From Lama glama (taxonomy: Eukaryota), in contig CM052816.1 in the NCBI GenBank assembly GCA_028534125.1, positions 9,798,001-9,862,000 of the forward strand: a DNA stretch of 64,000 bases, written 5' to 3'. Positions within the stretch are counted from its first letter, which is position 1. Each line of letters opens with the position of its first letter. Below are positions 39,601-51,600 of this stretch, piece after piece. A program made the translations under genes and the position numbers. The notes beneath the pieces are model-generated. The model did no database searches. It was not told where the DNA came from and saw only the letters and a program-made list of their open reading frames with translations.

Positions 39601-42600
39601 TAGCAGTGATTCTCAACTGTTTTCTCTTTACACAGAGGACAGATGACGTTCACACTCCCATGGGTGCACATGGGCTTAGCGAGATTTTCTCTAATGATTG
39701 TCACCCCACCACTTTTTCCTTTCTCTTCCATTCAGTAAAGTATAGGAACGGTCTTATTAAAGGGATAACCTTAGATCCTCTGCTTTATGCGTGAACAAGA
39801 TCATTCATAACTGCTATGATTAGTAAATTGGTTGCAACACACCTCAAATTTATATGAGTACGCTACTGTGGGGCAGTACTGTCTTCAAGAACCTCTACAC
39901 TGGAGGACGGAATCATTCGACTTGTATACTTACAGGTTTTTGTGACACAGCATGCAGGGGTTGTTGTATGTCTGGCCATCATCACCACAGACAGGGTGTA
40001 AGTCCTTTGGGCAAAGGTAACCCATCCTGGGCAGTACTCTGTAGTGTTTGCACATGGCAGCATCCTGAACAAGCAACACATAAAGCAGATTCACTCAATG
40101 GCACTCAAGAGATACGGGCTTGGGAAACACTTCTGATTTCCTCAGTCATGTGTGAATAAATAGTGAAGACAGCTCTTTCCTGTACAACCATTTACTGTAT
40201 CATTTTTCTATTTTATTTCCCCCTTGCTATTATATTTTATTTATTCACATCATCTATTACCTTTGTTCTTCCAATAGAAACTCTGTAAGTGTAGAGAGTT
40301 CTGCTTTGTTTGTGGCTATTGTTCTCATATACATAGTAATGCTTGAAAAGTAGTAGGTACTCAAGAAATACTTGTAGAATCCATAAATGATGGCTAAATA
40401 AATGACAAAGTGAATATTGAGTGTAGTTCTCTTCAAGAGAAAGCTCGGCTCAAAACCAGATAATACAGGAGGAAGCATGAGGTTTCTGGTGTGCTGGTGC
40501 TCTCTCATTTCTTCACATACGTATTAATACCACAGATGTGATCACTTTGTAATATTTCATTTAGCAGTGCACTTATGTGCATTTTTTCTGTGTGGCTATT
40601 TTACTTCAGTAAAATGCTTTTAAAAAATAACAAACTTTACTATTAATAGTAGCCAAGATACACACACACACATATATACACAAAGGAATATTATTCAGCC
40701 ATGAAAAAGGAAGTCCTTCCATTAGTGACAGCTTGGATGAGCCTTGAGAGTACTATGCTAAGTTAAAGAAGTCAAAGATAAATACTGCATGATATCACTT
40801 ACATGAGGAATCTAAAGCCAAACTCACAGAACAGAGTGGAATGGTGGTAGGGATGGGACTGGAGAAAATGAGGAGACATTGGTCAAAGGATGTAAGCTTT
40901 TAATTAAAAGATGAGTAAGTTCTGGGACTCTAATATATGGTCTGGTGATTATAGTAATAATACTATGTGATATACTCAAAAGTTGGTATACTCCAATAGT
41001 CTCACCACAAAAAAGAAATGGTAATTATGTGAGGTGATGGAGGTGTTAGCTAACACTATAGTGGTAATCATTTTGCAGTCTTTAAGGGGAGCAAAATCAG
41101 TGTGTGTACACAAATTTACACAGTGTTATATGTCAACTATATAGCTCAGTAAAGCCAGGGGCAGGGTAACAGATTGTGTGAACAGCTCTCCTCCATGTTG
41201 GGGGATCCCTAGTGTAGTGCCTCATTGACTAGAAATATGTAACTAGTATACATTTCGCTAGTGTAACTCATCTATTATCCTATTTGATTTGGAAAAATAA
41301 TCATTTTTTTATACCTGTCTTTCTCCCTTGTTGGGTTATCAGACTAGGTGCTAGAGTCTCCCTTCTGGGGCCCAATCGGAGATTGTGCTTCATGAATGAA
41401 TATCCTTATGCTCTCGTATCCTCTTTCCTTCTCTCTACTGACTTTGGTAAAGCTCTAAAGAAGCAATCCCATTTAGGTTCAGTGACACCAAGGTACACGT
41501 TACTGATGGCCATCAGCCTACATTTTAAATAAAAAGTTTGAACTACTGTGAATTGCTCATTGGTGGAATTTTCCAAGTATAAATATGTTTAGCAGAGTGT
41601 CCCAGGCTTAGAGGGGGAGTGAGAGGCAGCTGGGTGAGGAGCCTTTCTGGTCTGCTGAAATTACAGAATTGAGGCTCCTAACTGCTAATGTGACCACATG
41701 TGCCATAAGTCACATTCATTATATACCCACTTTTTAAAATTTCAAAAGTGTATTAAATTCGCTTGGAGCAGGCCAGTAATCTCAAGGAGCACAGAGTTAT
41801 GCACCAATGAATAATCCCAGAACTCTTAGTTACTAAGCATGAACTCCACTTAAGCCTCAAAGGACTTGAGGCTGCTCTGAATCAGTCTTTCCCCGACCTT
41901 CACATGGAATGAGGTTTATGGAGAGCAAGTGGCAACAGGCCCCCTAAAATAAGTGAATTAAGTAACTTTTTAGAAGTCGCCTTTCTTACCAGAGACCTAA
42001 CGGAAGAATCTGGATTGTCTTCCCCTTCAGAAGATCTAACGTGGGATGGCCTTTCTTGAATGCTTGTCATTTCCAAAGCTTCTTTTCGACTAGAGAAGAA
42101 GACAAAAGTATTTTAAATTTACAGCTAAAAAGGCTAGCTCCTATAACTTCCGGGGAAAGCTAAGCAGTTCTAATGAAATACGATGGAACCACAGAACATT
42201 CAGTGAGAGCATGATTAGGATGACATGTTAAGAAAAGTACATAGCTTCGAGCTGGCTTAGCACTCCTGTCGCTTAATAGATGTGCGACCTTGAACAAGTG
42301 GTTTAAATTCCTTGAACTTAGATTTCCTGGAACATAAAAAGAGGGTAGTATTGGTAATTCCTACCTCAAGGAACATACTTCGAGGAGCTAAAAAAAAAAA
42401 TACTGATTATTATTATTGTGTTTCATAGTGTTTTTCCACAACCATCATCATCACCATCTGCCATACCCAAATATGGTTGTTCATCAGAATAAACTAGAAA
42501 CTCTTTCTAAAATAACAAATTCCTTAGTCCTGGAGACCCTGACTCCAGACGTATAAAAATTTGAGATAGAAAATCTGTGTGTGTGTGTGTGTGCGTGTGT

Positions 42601-45600
42601 GTTTGACTTTTCTGTTGAGTCTGATCTAGTTGTGGAGTGAAGATCTGGAACAACTTCCTGTAACTATGAACCTGAGAGTTAAAAAAATACAAAACATTTT
42701 TTAAGTGACACAGCTAGTAAATATCATGGTTGGAACTTACGTCTGGATTTTCCGTCTTCCAGTCCAAGCTTGCTTTCTCTTATAGCAGGTATTTTTAACT
42801 TAAGAGCCTTGCATCTAAAGACTTGGTTCAAGGCCCCCATGGATGCATGAGCACATGTCTATTTAATCAACAGTCTCTAAAAATGCAGTTCCCCCTCTAG
42901 CTGGGGGCTCAGGACCCTCTTACTCACAAGATAGTTCTGCACATGTAGCACTTGTTTTTATACAACTGTCCATCGGCACCGCGCACGGGGTCGTTCTCTC
43001 GAGTGCACACAAGCTCGTCATTCCTTGCGTACTTGCGGAAGTTACTGCACTCATCCTAGAAAATGAGAAAGGGGCAGTGGGCATGGCTTTTCCCTTCTTG
43101 GCTTGGTGGTTTTCTCAAAGTTGGTTTCAGGAAGCCCTCTCTTGGCTCTGGACTCAGACTCACTGCACTCATCCTGGCAGTGGAGGCCAAGGAACACCCA
43201 GACAGTCTAAACTCCCATCCTCCGCTTCATTCCGAACCTCTCTGCTCTGGTGCTGGAAATGTAGGGAAACACAAAACAATACTTGATAGACCTCCTCGTC
43301 TCTCTCGTCCTTTCTATCAATCCTTCATTTTCCCCATTTTCTACATGAGGTGTATGTACTCTTGACCAAAGGACAATCTCACAGGAATCTAACTCTGCAA
43401 ATGTGATCATCACTCTTAGAGGACTGGTTGAAGATGTCTTCTTTGAGGTCTTGATGAGCAAATAGAAAAGGCAGCTTCATGCATGCTGCTACTGATCCGT
43501 TGTTGCTCAGAGAGCCATCTGGAGAAAATGGAAAGGACATCAAGGAGAGACACCAAAGGGGAGGCTTTGAGACTTGTTTATTTTGCCTGAATTATTAAAG
43601 TCAGTGTCAACAAGCTACCTGAAGCCTCGTTTCACATTTAAAGTGTCAGACGCAAGCGTGCAGTTGAGGTGGTAAAAAATTTTACTATTTTTCAATCCAC
43701 ATTTCTCCCAAAGAGGAGAGACTAAAGCAATATTCGACACACACTGCAGGAGAAGTCTCTATAAAATTGAGAAAAACGATAAACTTCGAAACCAGAAAAT
43801 AAATCTCATTATAACCCAAAGTGAACAAGACTGGCAAAACCACTTTTCTTTGAAGCAGAAGATTAGCAATTTTATTATCCAAAAAGTGGAGGAGAATGCA
43901 GGAATCTGAGGATGAACAGTAAAATAGTTATCTTCGTATCTTTTAGGAAATAACCTTTGCATCATTTGACGGCCTTGCATTTGATCTTCCGCCTTCATTC
44001 TTTTTTCTTTCATTAGCTTCTCGCTCACTGCAGAATTTAAAAAAAGATAGGGTAGTTCTTCCATAGTTTCTGCCCAATTTTTTTTACCAAGTATTTCTCC
44101 AATTTTAAACATTACAGTATCTAACAAAGTTTTCTTGTATCTGAAAAGAAATCTAAGATACTTTACCAAATGAATTTTGACTGTTGGTGTTTTCATTATA
44201 CATTTGTGGTAATGCTATCACCTTTCATAAATCCAGTTACTATCCTGTCATGCAGAATTATATAAATTTAAAAGGCCATTATTTTTTTCCTATTTATGGC
44301 TTTCATATAGAGAAGTTGCTTCATTTCTCCTTTTTCAATTTTTTAATTAAATTAAAATGGAGCTCTCCAGGATGGATTGTTCTTTACATAGTTATGCTTT
44401 AAAGTTTATAAACATTAAAAAAATTCTCTCTTCACATCCCTACAAAAACAGTATTGCATAGTTATTAGTCTCTTATATACAAGAGGGACTGAGGCTCTGC
44501 ACAGTGACCCGGCCTGCCCCATGTTAATTTTCTGATAAGCTTCCTTTTGGAAAGTTGATGATCTTGGCATGACCCAGCAGCTGTCTTCCTATCCCAGATG
44601 CTCCAGGTATTATTATGCTTCTCATCATCAAAATATAAATTCCTTAGGAAAGTACTTTGGAAACTTACTGTTCTCTTCTCAAGTAGGGCGCCATTATTGT
44701 ATTTTTTAATGTGTGAAGCCAAGTGCCTTAAGTTTTAGATTAAGAGGAACTATTTTCTGGCAAACAGGCACAACTTATTAAACTGATTGATGGACCTCTT
44801 CTTCACTTACAAGATGCTCTGACACATAGCACACTTGTTGACATGCATCTTGCCGTCTGGACCACGAACAGGGTTGTTTTCTCTGGTGCAGGCAAGACCT
44901 CTTCCCTCTATCACCTTGTCCCGGAATTCATGACACTGATCCTGCCAACAGGAACAAAGCAAGGTGTTACTATGATAGTCTGATCTTTAAAACTGAAAAC
45001 ATGATTGGTTGATTAGATATAAGCTCACAACACTTGAGGAGGAAAATAAAACCTAGAGAAAATAAAATTTTAGAGATAGAATGTGTTTGAAAGGCCCTGT
45101 ATTCAATGTCTGTTTAAGAAGCTTGACTCCTCTCTGTAGCATCCTTCTCAAATAACTGTCTTGCCACAATGGAATTTCACTGCCACCTCAGGCAGCTTGT
45201 ACCATTTTCATACAATATTCATTAGGCTGAACCCCAAACCAGTCTCCCTGCACCTCTACTCATTCCTCCACACATAAAAAAGCTGTGGAAAGAACTGAAA
45301 GACACTCTTTTGGCGAGACATGTAGACATGTAAAGTTTTAGCTTTATTCCTCGAGAACAAATTTTTTTAAAAAATTTAAACCAAATCTGTATAATAGTCC
45401 AGGCACTTTGTTGTGTGCTCTAATGCATTTCATTTGGTTGTCATTAAAAAACCTGTAAGGTAAACACTCGTTATCCCCATTTTACAGATGAGAAAAATTA
45501 AGCTCAGAGAGAATAAGTAATTAGAGTCAATGTTGGGGTTGTGATCAGAAACCTGCTAACAATCAGGCTCTACGTCTCGCCTTCTTTGCCTTAACATGGC

Positions 45601-48600
45601 AGAGAAGACTCTTATACATCAGGGAGGACACGGAGCTGCCCTTTTCATTTATTGAAAAGTAAGAACCTTAAAAAAGAAAGCAATGGAACAGGGTCCACAG
45701 GCGTTGACCTCTGTTGGAATTTTCGGACATCCAAAGAAGTTTGTCTTAAACTCCCTTCCTAACCTCAAAGAGCCAAAGCAGAGTTACGGAGGAGCACCTT
45801 AAAAAGCACTGTAACCGAGACTGTAGTTTCCCTTTCTTTAAATTGTGATACCCATGAATGACTCCAGACCTACTTTTGTCTGTAGCATTTCTACAGTTCT
45901 CTGGAACTGAATACCTGATCACCATACTAAATATCTCAAAGCTGTCATTTTTAGAAGTTACTAGAATTCTTTTTCCAGGCACCCCAAATACCCCATACAC
46001 ATATGTTTATGACAGCACTCATCTGCCTGCGTTGCAGCCTTCGCTATGGGTACAAATCTCTGGCTCTTCTATTTGTTATCTATGTGTAGTTAACTTCTCT
46101 GAGTTTCTCAGCTGTAGAATTGGAACAGTACCACCTACTGCATAGATGTTGGGCGGGTTTCAATATGACGGTGCACGTGCTTTGTAAAGCTCGCTTTACT
46201 TTGCATATCAGATCAGACTAGCTTTCTTTTTGCCATGTGCACAAAAAAAATCTAGGTATTTTCTATACATACATAGTTTTATCTTGTTTGAAATTCCTAA
46301 AATCTTTAATTTTTAAATATTTATTTAAAAAGCTGAAAAAAAAAATCAACCAAGATTATAAATTGAATAGATGGCCAGTAGAGATCACTGGAAGTCGTAC
46401 AACAGTCTTTTCTCAAAGCCCTTCATCTACCCAAATGCACATCAGATATTCCCAACATATTTTTTTAAAAACGATAATTACTCTTAGTGTTTCAGTTTGT
46501 TTAGTCAGTACAGAACTGATGAAAAGTTGCCTCATTCATGGGAAAACTTCCCTGGGGAAATTCTTACTATTTTACTTTTTTATCTGAAGTCCATAAATGG
46601 ATTAGAAGAGACCGTGCTGTGTCGCAGTCTGTGTGTCGGTGTTGTAAAGCCCTGAACATTATGTTTAACACCCCAAGTTGAGCACAAGATGGCACTAGAA
46701 TGCCAAGTCAAGACTTTATCATCTGGACCTCCAAGTTTTTGATACTTGCTTTCTTGTTTGTAATTTTGGAATCTGTTTGCCTAATTGTTTTAAAACTTCA
46801 GGAAAAAAATGTATCTGACACCAGCAATAATTTGACAGCTGCCACTGTTCCTACAAATGTGTGGTACTTGCATCAGAGTTGCTCTTAGGGCACTGAATTC
46901 CGTGCTGTTTCTTTGAAGATCTGGCATGTCTTGCTTGTTTCTCACTAAGTCCACAATGACGGGGACAGAGTAGGCATTCCATAAATACTTGTTGAATGAA
47001 TCAATCTTACAACCAACCACCCAAATTTAAGTATAAGGATGTCTAACCGACATTACCTGTTTTTCATCGTCATTTGCGGCTGTATTTCTCAAGCTGTCCT
47101 CCTCTTTCTTTTTTTTTTCAGCTGCTTCCCTTTCCCTTAGGGGGAAAAAAATGGGAAGAAACATTTCAAACAAAGTGAACAAACACCTCATTAATTACTA
47201 GATATGCTTTAAAAAACAAAAACTCATTTTCTCAAATTGATGAGAAATGATTATTTACTTTAAGGTTCACAATTTGAGGCCCATTTTTGAAAAAATACTC
47301 ACAGTTTTTCCTTACACATAGCACACTTATTGCCATGTGTCTTGCCATCTGGGCCCCGGACAGGGTCACTTTCTCGGGTGCAAATAAGTTTTCCATCTTT
47401 CATTTGACTTCTAAACATATCACATACATCCTGAAAAGAAAGATTACATTGGAAATGGTTGTTTTCACATAGTATTTGAGTGAGCTTGAGAATTGAAGAT
47501 TTGACTTAACTTTGCTGTGGGAGGTTGTTTAATGGACCACAAAGGTGCTCATGTTCTAATTCCTAGAACCTGCATATGTAGTCTTACGTGGCAAGGAGAA
47601 ATTAAGTTTGCTAATCAGCTGACCTTAGAATGGAGAGGTTATCCTGGATTATCTGGGTGGGTTCAGTGTAATCACAAAGGTTCTTATGAGTGAAACAGGA
47701 AGGCAGGAAAATCAGTGTCAGAATGATGCAACATAAAAAAATTCAACTGGCCTCTGCTGATTTTAAAGGTGGCCACAAGGCAAGGAATGCAGGCATTTCT
47801 AAAAGTTAAAAAAGCAAAGAAATGGGTCCTCCCCAGAGCCTCCACAAAGGGAAGTAGCCCTACTGATACCTTGGTTTTAACACAGTGAGACCCAGTCAGG
47901 ACTTCTGAACTCCAGGAATGTATGATAATGAATTTGGGTGGTTTTAAGCCACTATTGGCAGTTAGTTACTGAGGCTGAACCTCATTTTCCCTATTTATAA
48001 ATAAGGTTAAAAAAAACTTACTTGACCAGGCTTTTGAGATAATTAAATAGACTACTATTCATAAAAGTAATTTGTAAAGTGTTAGACTGAAAGATTTCCA
48101 TTTGGTGTTAAATCTCTAAGCTGAACGAGTTACCAGTGATATTCACATTAGTGATGACTTCAGACCTTCTCAGGGCAAGATCTTGACTGGCAACACTGAC
48201 ACCCTCTTTGACATTCTTGATAGTCAAGTGTTGACTTACAGAAAGACCATTCTTGCGAAAACCTAAAGATTCACCTTTCCTGATGCTGATTCAGTCTCAT
48301 TTGATCTGTAGCCAGAATGCTTATTTTTTTCCTCTGCTTCTCTTTGCCTGGAAGAGAAAAGAGTCAGTGGTCATCCTGCTAACACACATGCAGGTTTGGA
48401 AGGGGCCTTAGAGTTTATGTATCCTAGACCACCTCCTTCACAGACAAGCTCTCTGCACCCCCCAGGGACAGACGGCCACCTCGGTTATTAGCAAGCTCCC
48501 TCATTACAAGGGAGATATTCTAGGCAGACCAACTCAAGTCATCTCAGAGTCTCTTTAATTTGTACCCAAATTTATCTCCCTGTAACTTTCATCCATTAGT

Positions 48601-51600
48601 CTTACTGCACATTCTCAGGACAACACAGAATAAGCCTACATTTCTTAGGGGATGCAAGAGAAAGAGGTATTCAAGAATTAACAAAAAGGATAGTTTTCAT
48701 GAAAGGAGCTATAAACCAATGAGAAACAGCCCCTAACGCAGGAGGGATATGTAGCTATCTTTCAGACATGGGCAGGTTGAGGAAAGTACTTACAGGATCT
48801 CCTTACACATGGTACACTTGTTGTTGTACGATTTGCCATCTGCGTCCCGTACAGGGTCCCTCTCCCGAGTACAGCTGAGTTTTCCATCTTTCATTTTTGC
48901 CCTAAACTCAGCACATTGGTCCTGAAAGGGGAGAAGAGAGCAGACCTCCTGGATGATTCGATCTTTTGTGCTGGTATTAGTTTGTTAAACAGTATGAGGA
49001 AGAAGTTCGTGTCTCTTTCCTCTTATAAGGGATTGCTGTGTACGGAGAAAGAGGGCCTGGAATCATCCATGTTCTAAGAGGTCAGTTGTCATGGGTTGTA
49101 ATGCTGCTTTGAAGGGTCTACAACAGGGAAATTACAGAGCTGGCTGGGATTTAATCGCGTAGATCAAGGGTCAGCAAACTGTAGCCTACAGGCCTAATCT
49201 GTCCTGCTTTAGTCTGACATACGAAGGTTTATACATAAAACTGGAAACACACCCTCACTCACTCATGTACCTATTATTTATGGCTGCTTTCCCACAGCAG
49301 TTGCAGAGCTGAATAGTTGTAACAGAGACCATGTGACCCACAGTGTCTAAAATATTTGCTATCCGGCCTTTTACAGGAAAAAAAGAAAACCTGCTGACTT
49401 CTGGTATAGGTAGAAGGGAAGGAAGAAATGCTGGGAGAGAGCATAAATCACGCAAAATGCCAAGGAAGACTAGGCTTGAGCAAATTATGGAGAAGATAGA
49501 TAGAAGGGTCTTATACTCTGTCACTTGAGAGTGAGAACTCAGCCTCCTGAAGGAGAAAAGAGGGGAAAACAGAAAGGCCACAATGTAGCAAAGGCAAATA
49601 TTGGGCCTGTGTCAGATCTGGAGGCAAGCCATGGTCTTGGTCTCCCCAGGTTCTAACAATAGCAATAAGGTGGCTGTGATCTTAGGCGGCTGTGTTCACG
49701 TGCCTGAGGAACGGGGCCTACATGCAACACTGTCATGCTGACACTTGAAAATGCCTCAGGAAATGTGCTGAACACGTGCCTAAGTTATTTTATTGTATCC
49801 CTGTAGGAGGACCGCTAAATAAGAGAAACTAGAATTTAGTGAGATGAGGTGACTGTTTCACTGCTTCACTTGTCCACGTGGCAAGGGCAGAATCACACCC
49901 AAAACTGTCTAACCCCCAAAGCTGTGCTCTTTCGCCATATTATCCTGCCTTGGAACAATCAGGGAGAGAGAATAATAAAAGGAAATGAGCAGCATGTGAG
50001 GCTGATGTGGAACTTGTCCACACAGCTGTACCACTTGCTCTCCTAGGATCAATTATTGGCCTGAAAGGTAGATGGAAGAAAAAAAAAACAGAGGCGTCAG
50101 GAGACTGGGATAAGGTCGTCATGTTAATTATTTCATAAGTCATAAGTTAATAAGTCAGAATGAGCCCTGGAGAGACCAAAACTTGCCCAGATGTGACCCG
50201 ACAGTCTTAAAGGGAAACCCCCTGTTCTTCCAAGGACGTTTTCCAACAAAGCACTAAATACACGCGGAGGCTTTTTCTGTGGGCTCCGCTGCGGCCCTGC
50301 TGTCAGTGAGCGGCGCCCTCTCGTTATGGCAATCCGAGGCTGCTCACCTGAGCTTTCCCTCCACCGCCCCTGCCACTGGAGCCGTGCCCTGCGGCGTTTC
50401 TCTGCTCCTCCTCTTCTTTTCTCTTTCTTTCTTCATCTTCTTTCTGGCTGGAAATTAGAAAGTGGGAGGTAGGGAATGACAGATTACAGAGAGGGGAGCG
50501 CATTTCTCTTGAGTTTCTGATCCTATGACAAAATTAATTCACCAGCATTCAGTGAACATCTATTACATTGCAGGCCCTCTTTGAAAACAGAAAGGTGAAT
50601 TCTGCAGAGTCCCTTTGCCTGGAAGATCTCTTAGGGCAGTAAAAGAAAACCAGTGTTTACACAACCGCAAGCAAGACTAGGTGAGCAATTAGCTAGCATT
50701 TCATAAATGCTCATGGGAAATCTCCAGCTGGATTTCTCTCAAATACCTCATATTCAGGAGGTCCCCATATAATTATCTTCTCTGCCAAATGTGTTCTCCC
50801 TCCTGGATCCTCTGTCTTTCACAAAGAACAAAGCGTTGGAGCCATCCCGACCCGCTCCCTCTCCTTCAGCTCACGTCGCTGTTGGCACAACCCTGCTTTC
50901 ACCTTCGCCGTGTCTCCCATGTCGATGCACTGACCCTCTGTGCTGGCTCCCTCGCCCTGATTACCGTGCCCCTGGAACCACCAGCAGCATTCTCAGTTTT
51001 AGTCCCTGCCTTCTCTTTTTCTCCTTTCTACTGCTGACATATGCATCTTCCAAAAGGAACCATCTTTATGCTACTCTCTAAGCTGAAAAATTTTAGCAGC
51101 TCCCCGTTATATATAAAATTATCCTCAAAATCCTTGATCTGGCATTCAGAGTTGGCAAAATGAGTGCATTCTAAGTAAACCAAAGTGACTTGCTCTTTTG
51201 TGCACATTCTCCAGTTTTCTTAATTTTACATTTTACCTCTCCTTTGTCCCTCTTCTCAGTCCTTCCTGTGCTGTTCACATATTATCCAAAGTGCAAGGTC
51301 CAGTTTTATCCCTTCATGAAACTTTGTTACCTCTCCCCTTCCTGAAGCACCATGACACCCTATGTCCCTCACTTTCCATTTAGCAGTTCCTCCTTTGTAT
51401 TGTATTCCTTTATGCCCATGTTTAATCCCTAGTGAATTCTGATTTCTAGGAAGGCTGTTTGATTCATCTTTGTATAATCATACACTGTAGATGTTCAGCA
51501 GATAACTGTTGAATGGTAAATATTTTGGGCACACTTGCAAACTGTGTGTAAAGAGCTATTTTTCATTTCCTAAAAATGTGATATTTTCAAAATTGAGGTA

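Noticed and set aside
43759..44196. 145-aa ORF
   Set aside because: Off-frame reading across SPINK5 exon 28 and its introns.
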